DNA of 64,000 bases from Gracilinanus agilis. Lineage: Eukaryota. Where the stretch lies: contig NC_058132.1 in assembly GCF_016433145.1 (NCBI RefSeq), forward strand, positions 165,721,778-165,785,777. Reading direction: 5' to 3'. The notes under the pieces are model-generated. The model saw only the letters and a list, made by a program, of their open reading frames with translations. It made no database searches and was not told where the DNA came from. Position numbers and translations under genes: made by a program. Each line of letters opens with the position of its first letter. The first letter of the stretch is position 1. This document shows, in pieces, positions 37,014-50,550 of the stretch.

Positions 37014-38187
37014 CATTCTTTTTCCTTTTTCAAAATTGTCATTTTCATTATTATAGTTAGTGGAAGGAAGATGAGAGACAAGAGGGAATTTCATCATAAA
37101 AAAGGTATAAAAGATGCCACAGTAATGATTAACTAAGCCTTACCTAAAATTCTCAAAGACATAGTTCCCATTCCTGAAGCTTTGAAACATCTTTTGCAAA
37201 CCATAAAGTAATATCTAAATTTGATCATTAATTGGTAACATTTAGAGTTATTTAAGATTTTCAAAGCATTGTTTATACTTCCTCTCCTGTGATCTCCCAA
37301 CAGTAATTCCTGCTAACTATTTCTGATATTATCCCAACTTTCAAGAGTAGAAACAGATTTGGTGCCCCTGATCACATGGACAGTAAAATTTGAAGGTGGA
37401 CTTTGAATATATATCTCTATTGCCTCTAAGTCCAGTAGTCTTTGTTTCTCTGTCTCTATTTATTAGATTTAGGTGAAGGGATGTTTCTTTTGGTCCACGT
37501 CTCAAAAAAAATTTGCCTTTATAACCTCTTATCTGGGTATATGTTAAAATGATTCTATAAATCCTGGACTTTTCATTATCATATCTTCCATTTCTGATCC
37601 AGTTTATACATATCCTTTATCTTTTACAAGATTTGATCATAGCAACTAAATAAAATTTTTATCCAAAGATGCACAGATTCAATATATCCTAAGCCCCTGC
37701 AATAGTTAGATCTAAATTAGCCTCTCTATGATCCCTTATTAATTATAATTTTATCTCATTATGATCTGAAGAATTTGCATTCATTATTTGTATTTTTATG
37801 CATTTTATAGTGTTTTTATTCCCTAATACATGGTTGATCTTTGTATATATACCATGTGTGTTGCTCAGTTCCTCGCCTCTTTCTTATTTATATTTGGTTT
37901 GATTTATCTAGTTCTGATAGGGGAGGTCCCCCACTAGCATGATTTTACTATATATTTCCTCCTTAAGCTCCTTCATTTTCTCCTATAGAAATCTAGATGT
38001 TATACCATTTGGTGCATAAATGTTTAGTATTGATATTACCTCATTGTTTATAGTACATTTTAGTAAGATGTAATTACCTTCTTTATCTTTTAATCTGATC
38101 AACTTTTACTTTCACTTTATCTAAAATCCTGACTTCTACTCCTACTTTTTTTTTTCCCTTTAGATGTTGCATAAAAATTCTGCGTCA

Positions 38188-38376
38188 CGGGCAGCTGGGT
38201 AGCTCAGTGGAGTGAGAGTCAGGCCTAGAGACAGGAGGTCCAAGGTTCAAACCCGGCCTCAACCACTTCCCAGCTGTGTGACCCTGGGCAAGTCACTTGA
38301 CCCCCATTGCCCACCCTTACCAATCTTCCACCTATGAGACAATACACCGAAGTACAAGGGTTTAAAAAAAAAAAAA
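38188..38376 (+). mobile_element. Young tRNA-derived SINE (SINE1_Mdo-type)
   Basis: A/B boxes, retained CpGs, A13 tail and TSD (A-rich)TCTGCGTCA on both sides. Confidence 0.93.
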
Positions 38377-38724
38377 TCTGCGTCAACCTTTTACTTTGAA
38401 TCTGTATGTGTTACCCTGCCTCAAATATGTTTCTTGTAAACAACATATACTAAATTTCTGAGTTTTAATCCACTCTGATATCCACTTCTGTTTTATGGGA
38501 GAGTTCATCCCATTCACATTCAGAGTTATGATTACTGTGTATTGCCTTCCATCTTATTTACCTTTTATGATCTTGCTCTATTCCCTCTCACTCCATTCTT
38601 TCTCATGAGTGTTTTGCTTTTTATCACCTGCCCCTCCTGTTTTCCCCTCCCTCCAATTACTTCTTCATTCCATTGTCTTATTTCCCTTCAGGAAAAGATA
38701 GAATTATATGCCCCAATGGATATA

Positions 38725-39263
38725 CAGTTTTCCCTCGATATATTGCAGTTCACTTAGCACAGCTTCACTGTATTATGGGTTAAAAAATACATATATAATT
38801 CTGTATTGTGGAGTTTTCTCTATGTTGCGGGATTTTGAGGATGAATAACATAATGTACACAATGGAAATGCAGTACATCACTACTGTTTGCACAAATTTG
38901 CCAATGTGAGATTGTACACAGCACAGTTTTGGCTGATGGAATGAAAGGTGACCAAACACAAAGCTTTGCTCTGTATCCTGGGCTCTGATTGGCTCAGTGA
39001 CTGTAGCATTGGTCTGTTTGCTCTCCCACACTGTTCCCATACATTCAGCATCTATCTTTGTCCTCTTCACATAGAAATCTGATCACTGTGCATAGTGTTG
39101 CTCTGTGGCGTGTTTTTGTGAAGTTTTTTTTTGTTTGTTTGGAAGGGTTATAAAGGCTTAAAAATATATATAATAAAATAAATATAATGCTGCTACTTCA
39201 TGGATTTTCACCTATCACAAGGGTCTCTGGAACGCAACTCCGGCAATAGGTGAGGGATCACTA
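38725..39263. mobile_element. Tc1/mariner Tigger-type non-autonomous element (539 bp)
   Basis: Imperfect TIRs CAGTTTTTCCCTC... / ...GAGGGATCACTA, TA on both sides, Tigger-like subterminal GGAACGCAACTCCGGCAATAGGTGAGGG; the L1 sequence rejoins across it. Confidence 0.7.
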
Positions 39264-39906
39264 TATTTGTTTTTCCCCCTCTGAGCCAGTTATGAGAGTT
39301 ATGTTAAAGCATTGCCCATCACCACTCTTATCCTCCCCGTTTAAAATGCTTTTTCACTCCTCTTTATGTTATATAATTTACCCCATTTTGTCTCTTTCTT
39401 CCCTTTTCTCTCATTGCAATCCTCTTTTTTACCCCTTGATTTTTTTTATGTATCATATAATATACATAAATATCATACTTATCATTTCACTTCATTGCAT
39501 TTACACACACATCATATCCTCATACATCATCATATACATCATATCATCATAATCAAATTACTTCTCCACCCTCTTTCAAAGTATATTATTCCTTCTATCT
39601 CCTCTACTAATAAGAGTAATTTTTGATAATTACAGATATCCTCTTTCCATGTAGAGATACACACAATTTGATCTTAATGAGTCCCTTAAATTTTCTCTTT
39701 TTTATTTCTCTTTTTTAGGCTTCTCTTGGGTCCCATGTTTGGACTTCAGATTTTGTTTTTTTAGATCTGACTTATTCCTCAGGAATGCTTTGAAATCTAT
39801 CTTTTTGAATGTCCATTTTTTACTCCTAAAAGAACATACTGGATAGGTGACTTTGGGTTGTAAACCTCAATGTTTCAACTTTCTGGATATCATATTTCAG
39901 TATACC

Positions 39907-41038
39907 TGTCAAATCTATGGGAAAATAAAGAATTTAAGACCAAACAAGATTCTAGGTTCATCTCCTAGCTGGCTCACCAGAATGTTATGTGGGTAATTTG
40001 AGGAAAGGTGGGGTATAAGGAAATTTGAAAGGAGGATGTTGGAGACTTGCTAAATGGGTAATCTCGGTTACAGGTAGGCTGGGATTAAAGGAGATTCAGG
40101 GTATAATAGGACTGAAGTCAGGAGTATAACACAGAAGGGAAACAGAGATCTTTTGGGAGAAGAAATTAAACTAAACAGACAAACACAGCAGGCTTACAGA
40201 CTGGGACTTAGACTCAAACACAAGCTGAGGGAAATAGACTAGACTGAAATTAACAAACAGGCTTTAGTTAATTTCACAGGAAGGGACCTGTTTTGAAGTA
40301 ACACCTTCCTTCAAGATGGATGCCCCAGCTTCCCTCTAAGCCCAGAGTATGTTGTCTCTTTCCCTCTTCTTCCCACTTGATAACTAACAGACAAATTACA
40401 CTAATAGGGCTATTGAAACAAAAGGGTTTATTTTGTTTGAAGGATGTTTGTTAGGAAGGTGGATCAAAGGAAAGCCCTATCAGTTGTCTCAGGAACGTCA
40501 GGTGGGGGAAGGGAAGTAAAGATGGAGTCTGAGTAAGGACCTGCCTTTTTAAACTCAGCTTTACAAAATGCTATGGCTATCTAAAGGTAATAAATGATGA
40601 CTGTCTAACTATAACTAATGCTGTCAATTAGGTAACTCTTCACAGATTTAACTCCTCTCTAATTACTCTCCTTATTAACTCCACAAACATATAAGATAAG
40701 GGAGGGAAAGCAGGGGTGGTATTAGGAAAGGAAGATATAAAGGGTTTATCTAAATAATAATTTCTTAAGTAAATATATCAAAGCTAGGCTAAATTTTAAT
40801 ATTAAAGCTAGGTACTCAAAGCAGCTTGGCTCATTCACAACCTCCCTCCACGGAAGATCCAGTCAACTGCCCCTTTCTCAAGATTCCAAAAGCCTAACAG
40901 CTTTTGGAACTCAGCCAAAGCTAGAAAAAACTATATGACCCCAATTCTGTATACTACACACCTAACATAACTGATTAAAATTTTTTAGAATAAGCATCAT
41001 TCACTTGTTGATAAATGGCCCGAGCCTTGGTACTGACA
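39907..41038 (-). mobile_element. Solo LTR-like element (1132 bp) without a matching TSD
   Basis: Perfect TGTCA...TGACA termini; minus-strand AATAAA near 40428; flanks TACC and CTTT do not match. Confidence 0.6.
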
Positions 41039-41059
41039 CTTTAAGGAGTTGAAACCCAA

Positions 41060-41830
41060 CCTATCTATAATAAATGCTCCAACTCACTAATAATTATAGA
41101 AATGCAAATTAAAGCAACTCTCAGGTTTTACCTCACACCTCTCAGATTTGTAAAGTTGACCATAAGGAAAATGACAAATATTGGAAGGGTTGTTAGGGAA
41201 CAGAAATATTGGAAGGCTGTTTGTGGAGCTAAGAATTGGTCCAGATATTATGGACAGAAATGTGAAACTATATTCCCAAATCAACTAGTCTCTGATAGTA
41301 CAACTAGATATATAAGCCAAAGAAGTAAGAGAAAGAGAAAAGGTACAAATAATAATAATACATGCAGAAATATTTATAGTAGCTATTCTAGTGACAAGGG
41401 ATTGGAAATTGAGAACATTCTTAACAACTGGGATGTGCCTGGAGAGATTATGGTATATGAACATAATGGAATACAGTATGAAATGAAGAGAGTTTCTGAT
41501 AAACCTTGGAGGACTTATATGAATTGTTATATAATGAAATGGACACAATCAAGAGAATAATTTATACTATCACATTGATATTAATAAAAAACAGTACTTC
41601 TGGATGCAATGCAGATCGATTAAGATTCAAGAAAATTGATGATAAAGAACCCTATCAACTTCTCAATAGAGACGTGATAGACTAATTTATAATATGACAC
41701 AAATTTTCAGACATGGCCAGTATAGAAATTTGTTTTGCTTGATTATGCCTATTTCTTTTTGGAGTTTTTCTTTTTTGTCTGAATTGTGCAGGAAAGTGCA
41801 GAGAAGAAAATAGATGTTTTATTATTGAAA
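41060..41830 (+). mobile_element. L1 ORF2 C-terminus and 3'UTR fragment
   Basis: ORF 41102-41560 MQIKATLRFYLTPLR is the L1 ORF2 C-terminal region; A-rich end at ~41830-41870. Confidence 0.8.
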
Positions 41831-42589
41831 AATTTAGCTAAAACTTTAATTAAAATTTAATGAAAAATAAAGTTAGCTTTAAAAGTTCTGCCTTAGAATT
41901 TGAATAACAGTTTGTCCGTATGACAGAAACATACTGCAAATAGCATTTTAAAGATTAACAGAATATACTTTCAGATGAACTTCCATTTGTTTACCATGCT
42001 TCTATAATTAGTCTTTCCAGAAGCCCTTCTCTTTGTTTTTATTTTCCACTGCCTCTGACAGCAACATACACTGAGGCAACTTTATAATAAATCTGTGATT
42101 AACCAGTAAATTTGCTTTTGAGTTCCATATGTCAAATGCTTTCATCATTTCTATACACAAAATTATGAGTTTGTGACAAAAGTTTTTACTTTATTGCATT
42201 TTTTCCTGAGAAATTCAACTGAAGTTAGTCCTAAAATTGACAATCATTAAAATAAAAAGAAATTCTTTAGAAAACAAACACTTTCCTATATAAGGATTGG
42301 GGATAGGAGGAAAGTTATTTTCTTAATTTCAATTTTTCCTGTTAGTGCTGAGGATAAAAATATACACACACAACCACATATACACAGTTCAGTTTCTTGC
42401 AGTCAGCAAAAACAAACTCACCTATTTGGTGTCACTATTCCAAAGTCTGAAAAATACAAAAAAGAAACAGTACTGATGTTGGGAAGGAATAAGAGCCCAA
42501 TTTAATTCCTTCCACTTTTGAAACATACATGCTGATTAGTATAGAAAAGCATTTTTCTCCAAGACAGAATTTTTATCTCACCTTCTTTT

Positions 42590-42725
42590 CAAGCCCTTAC
42601 CTTCTGTCTTACAATTGTTTCAAGTATTAGCTCCAAGACAAAAGAACAGTAAGACCTAGGCTACTGATGTTAAGTGACTTGCCCAAAGTTACACAGGTAG
42701 GAAGTCTGAGGCCAGATTTTACCTA
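42590..42725 (-). mobile_element. Truncated core-SINE (SINE1_Mdo/MAR1-type)
   Basis: CCCTTACCTTCTGTCTT...GTTAAGTGACTTGCCCAAAG...TCTGAGGCCAGATTT. Confidence 0.7.
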
Positions 42726-42748
42726 TGCCAATTTAAAGGTGATAGGTT

Positions 42749-43729
42749 TAGACTTCTGGTGATGGAGTCAAGATGGAGCAGTAAACTACAGCAGCTCCAT
42801 GTCACCATGAGAATCTACTGTGACCAAGATTAAAATATTGCCACAAAACGAATACAGGAGTGAAAGAACTAACAAGGAGACAGAGTGAAACAACTATCAA
42901 GAAAAGAAAAAACCCAAAAGGTAGGCAAAGAACATCTGGGGCACTGGGGTAAGAGGAGAGCAGAGCCAGCAAAAGGATGTAGCAAGAAGGGAAGAGCAAG
43001 CCAAGAGCAACTCCCACATCCCTACCCCACATCTGCTGTCCTAGGTTTGAAACCTAATTAGAAGCCAACATTTAGACCCCGAGATCCTGCCTGGGCAAAT
43101 AGTGGTCCAAGCTAAAACACATCCCTTGAAATTTCAAATTTGTGGAGAAGTCTGAAGTCCCAGCCCAGAGCAGTCTGGGTTGAAGTGGACTGATCTGTGC
43201 GGGCCCAGAGTGAAGTCAGGAATCCCAGTCTGGGCTTGGGATGAGAATATGGTTCACACTTTGGGGTGAACACACAGTTCACAGGCCTCTTCCCCCATGT
43301 TTTTGCCCAAAACTAAGGATGGAGCTCCAGGACAGGGAAATCAAGGGTGTGTCTGATTGGATCAAGTACACAGTGACACCAAAAATTTGAGCCTCAGCCT
43401 GAGGCTAGAATTTGATCAGTCCCTGACCTGATCAAGTTCAGAGTGAGATCAAAAGCTTATGCCCAAACCTGAACCAAGTCCTTAAGCCATCAACATCTCA
43501 AGGGTCAATTGAATCAGCAGGGAAAGGGGACTCTCAGAGCTCTCAGCCCTTAGACCATCATATCAACCTCCAAGAACTGAAACTGATAAAAACCCAGAAA
43601 AAATAGCATCAAGGAAGGACTGAAGTTCAAGAGGGTACCCCAACTCCCCAGAAAACAGAGCCTACCTATAATTATACAGGAAAAATGAGCAAACAACTGA
43701 AAAAAGCAACTAGCTCTAAAGAATTTTTA
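42749..43729 (+). mobile_element. 3'-truncated L1: complete 5'UTR plus the first codons of ORF1, flanked by a 15-bp duplication
   Basis: Starts GACTTCTGG...CAAGATGG (L1 5' terminus type); ATGAGCAAACAACTGAAA (MSKQLKK) at 43685; flanking TAA(A/G)GGTGATAGGTT at 42734-42748 and 43730-43744. Confidence 0.75.
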
Positions 43730-44387
43730 TAAGGGTGATAGGTTCTTTGGCATTTTGAACTGCTTCTTTGGTTCTGGTTAAATCTTTATGTACCAAGATG
43801 TCCTCTATGATTAGGATCCATCTATCTAAATCTGATGAATGGTTTTCAGATTTGGAACTCCAAGTAAAGTTTACAAAGTTAAAATCAAGCCCTTTTTAAA
43901 AAAGTTCAAGGCCCTCCATTATCTGATGAAATGCTATTTTTTAAATAGACTTGTTTCCTAGTTCTTCCCTACTGGCATCATGCATGAATGAAATAGAATG
44001 TTATTGTGCCACAAGAAGTAATGAAATGGGCAGTTTCAGGGGAAATTATTAAGATCCTTATGAAATGATATAAAAGAAAGTGAGCAGAATTAGTAAACTT
44101 ATTTACACAGTTATAACTGACCACAGAACAAAATAACTTTGAAAGACTTTAGAACTCTGATTAATACAGTAATAAACTACAGGTCCAAGAGAATGAAGAT
44201 GAAACATTCCACTCACTTTCTGATCAAGAGGTCAATTAAAATGCAGGAAGAGATTTTTCATTTTCATTTTTGGACGTAACTAATATGGGTATAGATTTGT
44301 AGGATTGTGTAAATGTGTATTAAGAGAATTATTTTTTAAATAAAATAATTTTAAAAGGAATAGGTAAGAATTTAGTATAAGTAAGTA

Positions 44388-46300
44388 AACAGGAATCACT
44401 TATTAAGTTCTTACTATGTGTCAGGCACTGTGCTAAGCATTGGTATTACAAATATACCAGAAAGGAGAAATAGTCCCTGCCCTTCAGGAGCTTATGCTAA
44501 AATGGAAAAAGATAATACCTAAAAAGAGAGCTGAAAAGGCATGGGGGAGAGGAAATGAAAATGGTGGAAGGAGAAGGTCTAGTGTTGAAGACTAGAAAGT
44601 CAGAAGTAGAGGTAGGAGGGGCATGAAGATTGGTTGGCCTAGACTCCTTCTCAAAATGGAGTCCTTGGGAGGAACTCATGAATGAGAGAAGGGCCCTAGC
44701 ATGGCTGAAGGATGTTTCAGAGTGAGAAACTTGAAGAAGACAATGGATACTCCAGGATGTTAAAGAAAAAAAGGGATATAAACCCTGGTGCTGTCTATTT
44801 GGGGTGACAGACTCTACATTCCGAGCCTGCCAAGCTGGCTTAAGATCCTCAGATGTTAGATGGATCTAGGCTAAGTGAGAGATGAGGTTGCCTGAAAGAT
44901 CACCAAATGTGCTAGTAATCCCGGGGTTTATAAAGTTCAGCTTAGCCAAGCCTACGCCTCTTTAACAGTGCCCAAGACAAAGTATTAAGTGAGGTGTTGC
45001 ATGATGATCAACCACTCCTCTAGCTCCTTGGCTTGAGGTTGGGTTTGATGATAAAGGGTTGATTCAGCTTGGTATTGATTTATTAAATGGATAATGCTAA
45101 TAATCTGACTGCGGTATGATAAATCCCTTTCCCTATAGTTGTAGATGTCACTACTCAGGAAAGGAGCACAAATCTTTAGCCGGATTAAACTTTAACAGGA
45201 TTTATTGCTTATCTTAAGGGTTAGGAACAAGGAATCAGGCTAGAGGTTTGGGGATGCTATACTATGGCTAATTAAGTTAAGGTAATCTAAATCTATAAGT
45301 AATAGGTTGATGTCAGGCTGGAGATTCTTCTCCCTCACACAGTCCCCAGTTTCACCAAGCCGTAGTGCAAACCAAAGGACAGAGAAGGAGAATGATGTTC
45401 TTCTTAGCAGCTTGATGTTATTCTCTCTCAGCCTTATTAGTATCGGGAGCAGTGAACTTCCTATGGCACTCAGGTATAGATGCTGGATTTGCAGGTCTAC
45501 GGCCTACCTTCCCATATACCACCCTCCTCCCAGAATTCCCTTCTCCAATTGAGACCCTGGGTGGTGCAGTCCAAGGGTATTTATTTATAGAGGTGGTCCC
45601 AACTGTCTCTTGGCCCTGGCTCATGCCACCTGGGTAAATTCTAAGTTCTTTAACTGAAGATCCTGTCACTCAAGCTGTTTTCCATCTTGTCCCAGAAGTT
45701 CCTTATCACAAGGGTAAGGAGGTCTGAGGTGCTGAGGCAGCTGAGGCAGCTGGGGCATGATTGTAAAGCTCAGCAAATTAGCAGAAGAGGCAGGATAGAA
45801 ATGAAAATGGTGGGAAGGGCATTTAAGTAACAGGATACAGCATGAGCAGATATAGAGGTGGGAAAATTCAGGGTATGTTGGTCCACTCTTAGTGTTATAT
45901 GGCATACTTGTAGGGAAGTACTGTGAAATGAGGCTAGAAAAATTGGGTAGTATCAGATTGTGTAGAACTTTGAGGCAGTGTTTGAACTCTACCCCTAAGA
46001 AGTCATTAAAAGACTGAGCAGTTCAATGACAAGGCTAGATTGATCCATAAGCAGAAAGAGTGTCTTGCAGGACAATCGAAGAGAAAAGGGAAAGAAGGGA
46101 AGGAAGGATGGAAAGAAGGAACCAAGGAAAGAAGGAAGCAAGGAAGGAAGAACAAATCTACTTAGGAAGCTATCACAATAGTTCAAGTTAATGATAATGA
46201 AGTACTATATAGTAGGGTAGTGAGAGGAGGAATAGAGTAGGAATAGAATTGTTTTGATGATGGAACTAAGACTGAAGTAACTTTCAACTTTGATGCCAAA
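44388..46300 (-). mobile_element. L2 fragment, interrupted by an LTR and a (GGAA)n tract at ~46087-46150
   Basis: L2 3'-end signature ATTAAGTTCTTACTATGTGTCAGGCACTGTGCTAAG at ~44400. Confidence 0.6.
44758..45710 (-). mobile_element. Solo LTR (~950 bp)
   Basis: TGT...ACA ends; flanks AGGA/AGGG (3 of 4 match); minus-strand TATAAATA near 45585 and AATAAA near 45203. Confidence 0.6.
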
Positions 46301-47175
46301 GACAGAGTTAGGCAGATATGCATGAAGTTTCTGAGGACATAATAGGATTCCCCACAAGAAATTACTTGGAAAGGTCATTTTGAATATTTACATTTAGCAA
46401 TCAATGATGCTTATTTCTGACTTAATACTTGTTTATTCCTTATAGATCCCAATCCTTTGGGATCTTTCCTAAAGATTTTAATTGCTTTATCATTAATTGT
46501 GTCTTCTACCAAGAATCTAGTCTCAGGAGATGTGTCATCCTGTGGGAATCAAAGCCTATGTATTTCTATTCCCCACTTCAATACATTAAAATAACTAGGA
46601 TCTCATTCTTTCCCCATCATGTCCTAGGAAGAAAATGTCTTCAGGAAAAGCAACCTGAGTTTCTTGAAAGGTCAGAGAAAAATCCAGATTTTTCTTGGGG
46701 GGTGTAGATGAGGGACTTGCTTTGTTTTAAATGTTCCAAATAATCTAGAATTGTTGAATTTACATATTATTCCAAAATCTTCTAGAAGAAAAGAAGGTGC
46801 TGCCATTTTTGCTTATACATAAAAAGCGACTACTATTAACAGCAAATTCTGAAAGGAAAGCTGCCTGACTCCTCTAAAATTGCTTGTCTAGCAAATGGTA
46901 AATATGAATCTTCCTTTTTCTTTTCTCATTTTTAATAGCTGTTTTCTAGTTCCCTGGATCTATTTAATAAGGTTTTGGGACTCTCAGAAGTCCTCTGAGG
47001 GTTATAGATATATAACCTTACAATGCCTTAAACCACTACAGTTATCAATGACATTTGTAAGCATGGGAGACAGATATTCAATAAAATTGTTAGTCTAGTA
47101 ATTAAGTCCCAGAAGATGTACTACTAGAAAATTTTCTTCCTTTGAAGCTCCATGAATGATTTTTCCAATTCCAGT

Positions 47176-47879
47176 TGTAGAGAGAGTGAAGGGCAAAATC
47201 TGAAACAATTAAGAAAACAAAGGTTCAAGCTCCTAAGCACATTGGTTTATTAAACGATGCATGCCAATTGCATAACAAATTAAGATGAGGTCTTCTCAGC
47301 TTTGTCACTAGACTCCAAACACAGAGGGAGACAGATTTTTATGCTATGAAAGAAGACAAATAAGATATAAAGCAAAATGCAAGATTAGGTAATTTGATTC
47401 TAATTGGAGGAAAGTTTAGGGACTATGTGATTTGGAAGGGGAATAATGAACAAATGCAATTCTTTGAAATCTGAAAAAGGTCTCATTTCCCAAGTGTCTA
47501 TATTCAATTGAAAGAATAAAGAAACAGTAACTGATTGACCAATATGGGGTCATTCTTCAGAAAAGGCATACGGGTTGTTTGAAAAGTATAATTGTGAGAA
47601 AACTTGGATCAATCTTTGGATCTGACTGGGTTTCTGGTCAAAATAACCCAAGTTCTTAGTTAAGGGTCTCTAAGTAAAAGGAAGAGGTGGTCCAGATTCC
47701 CAGCCATGCAGAGCTAGGTTCAAATAATGCAATAAAGTTTTCTCACAATTTCTATAATTGAATAAAGTTTTTTCACAAGACAGAAACCAGACTAAATCAT
47801 AATTGAAAAGAAAGAGAACTGAGCTAGATCTATAATTGAGTCACAAGCTGGAGTCAATGTGGTTCACTAAATTTCTACA
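47176..47879 (-). mobile_element. Old LTR-like repeat, copy 2
   Basis: TGTAG...CTACA; similar to 62114-62820 and 20120-21715; a purine-rich PPT-like tract on the minus strand lies just beyond 47880. Confidence 0.6.
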
Positions 47880-50324
47880 ATTCTCTCAATTCCTCTCCTT
47901 TGATTATTGGGAGAGGGTGTCAGCTCCATCCTCTCTGCATCAGTAAGCCAAATCTATTTTTTCATATCTCCATAATCAGAATTACATAAGTTAGACTACA
48001 GATCAAACTATTTGAGGATTCACAATGTCATAATTCTGAGAGGAAAGATTTACATGTTATCAAGATAACTTAGAAAATTCAGCAAACACAAACACCATGG
48101 AACAAAAAGTCTGATCATCAATATTAAATAATATCAAGTCTCCTTGTATCTTAGTGACTTAATCCCAGTGTGCATTTAACCATTTAATTTTGTCTTGAGT
48201 CCTAGATATCCCATGTAGTCATCTGGACCTTGGAAATATATTTTCTTAGACCTTCTGGAATAGGCCTCATTCTCAAGACAGCTCTGAAGAGGATACCTGG
48301 ATAAATCTATTAAAATCTGCCAGTAACAATACTTAATGCAATTTAGTATGATCTATTACTCAATCTACTACATTTGGTTTTCCATTAACTAGTTCATGTT
48401 GTGGAGACTAGCTCAAGCATTATGGTTTTGATCCTATTAACAACAGAGCTTTCAGAATATATAAGTAGGAAACCGTAATTCATCTGAAACTTCAGAGATG
48501 TTTAGTTTTTATATTTCCTGATGCTCCTTTCTTTACCTAAAAACCTGTACCTGATAGGAGAACTTAAGGAAATTCATGAGGGTTTAACCTGTAAAATGAA
48601 CTTTTCTGTTTTTTGAAATTATTAGATTCTTTAAAGTGGGAAATTAATTTCATTTTCCTTACAGTTATTAATGCATTTTATATCTAAAAATATTTAATGC
48701 TATTGTGGGAACTTACTAAAACCTACCCAAAACCTGAATTTCTCTATTGGATACATTTTGAAATCAATCATATACATATAAGCCTTTATTGCATCTTTGC
48801 ATTACAGAAGTTCTTAGGAAAAGTAATCTAATTCTATTGCTTTCTCAAAGTTTACAATTCCATTTAATTAGAAAACTTTTACATTATATCTTTACCTTAT
48901 TACTTTGTTTAATTCTTCCTTTGGGAGAATATCATCCCTATGTTATAACTTGACCACAAATACAGATTAAAATTATATTATTTTTTATACTTGTGCCCTA
49001 TTATAGTAACTCAGATATTACAGTATCAATCTAATAATTAAGAAATTTAGTATTTTACTTCCAATCTTCTACTGCTCACCTGCCTTGAGTATAGAAATTT
49101 GCTATGAAAGGAAAAGGAGGAACATAGTTATAATAATGTCAAGATGTCCCCACAAAGGCACAAACTAACTTGACACATACATAATCAGTGAAAAACTCTA
49201 ACTCTATTTGATTCCAGGCTTGCAACATATCTGAAAACTGATCATGTTATTTATCAGGTGGGGAAATTTACTTTTTGGAAAGGAAATAGTATAATGGGAA
49301 AAGTGAGTCAAGAGCATCCTATCTTAGTCCATGTCAAGGTCATCCCCTCATTTTTTCCCAAGTATAGACATCCATCTCTAGAAGTTCTCAAACTGTAACA
49401 TATGCCATTTTCTACCACTGGCTTCATGACAATTCAGACAAGCATCCCTGTAAGCAAAACTGAAAACAAGATAGCAAAATTTTACTACTAATGGACAGTG
49501 TAGGACTCAAATATTATTAATTTTCTCTTTTTTCCTAAGAGTTACATTTCATTTACCCTTTACTTAACAAATTAAAAATAACCACATTCTGGGGTTTCAG
49601 ACCTATAACAAATATCTGATAGGTAATTCATATTAATATAATGAAGTTACATCTTTAAATCATCCTATTTTTCTTGGTCAATTTTTTTTTTTCAATAAGT
49701 TCTGACTTTTTGGGATTATATTTGAAGTTTTCTTGGTAAATATACTGGAATGGCTTGCTATTTTCTTCTCTAGATCATTTTACAGATGAGGAAACAGAAG
49801 AAAATTGGGTTAAGTGACATAGTTGGTAAATGTTTAGGGCCATTTTAAAAATTAAGTCCTCTTAGTTTCAGGCCCAACACTCTAGCCACTGCATGACCTA
49901 GATGCCCCATGTCACCACATATATCTTAGTAAATTTATTTTGCAATGTGAAATCAGTAGGGCTAATAAGATCTTATCCTTCCGGAATATAAAATCTCAAG
50001 GGACCCCACAGATAAGGCTATCTTAAAGGATCTCTACAACTTTTACCCCAAATTGCAAATTAATATTACCTCTTTTAGAAGAAAATATGTTTCTATTTTA
50101 CAATATAAGAAAAACAAAAATAACATACATAATATCATGTATTTAAATCATGAAACAAAATTTATTACCAATAAGATGACAACAGTTCAACTGAATGCAT
50201 TTTCAAATTTCCTTACATACAAAGTACTCATTTTATCACTTTTGGCATTCTATACCAATCACATCTAACATCCAATGTAGAATGATCAATATGGAATAAT
50301 CATATCCAATTAAAGAAGTAGCAA

Positions 50325-50550
50325 TAATAATAAGTCAACATTTTAATAGTTCTTATACTATGCCAGACACTGTCTGAAGCATTTCATAATCTTTATATCA
50401 TTTGATCCTCACAATAACCCTGGGAGGCAGATACCTTTATTATTTTCTTCTTTACAGATCAGGAAACTGAGGTAAACAGCGATAAGGTAACTTGCTTAAG
50501 ATCACAAAGCTAATACATTTCTGAGACTAGAGTATAACTCAGGTTTCCCT
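50325..50550 (-). mobile_element. MIR/MAR1-type SINE
   Basis: CATTTGATCCTCACAATAACCCTGGGAGG...TTTACAGAT.AGGAAACTGAGG; a second degenerate copy lies at ~49770-49910. Confidence 0.75.

Larger units (their letters stand above)
37640..39900 (-). mobile_element. L1 fragment (ORF1/ORF2 junction and endonuclease region) carrying nested SINE and MITE
   Basis: Typical reverse L1 endonuclease sequence (CTAGATG.TATACCATTTGGTGCATA.ATGTTTAGTATTGATATT; CCCATTCACATTCAGAGTTATGATTAC). Boundaries approximate. Confidence 0.7.

Noticed and set aside
47170-47885. Shared AGT/ATT bases outside the old LTR-like copies as evidence of segmental duplication or non-TG termini
   Set aside because: Flanks beyond 3-4 nt are unrelated between copies and the elements are too diverged to define termini or TSDs.
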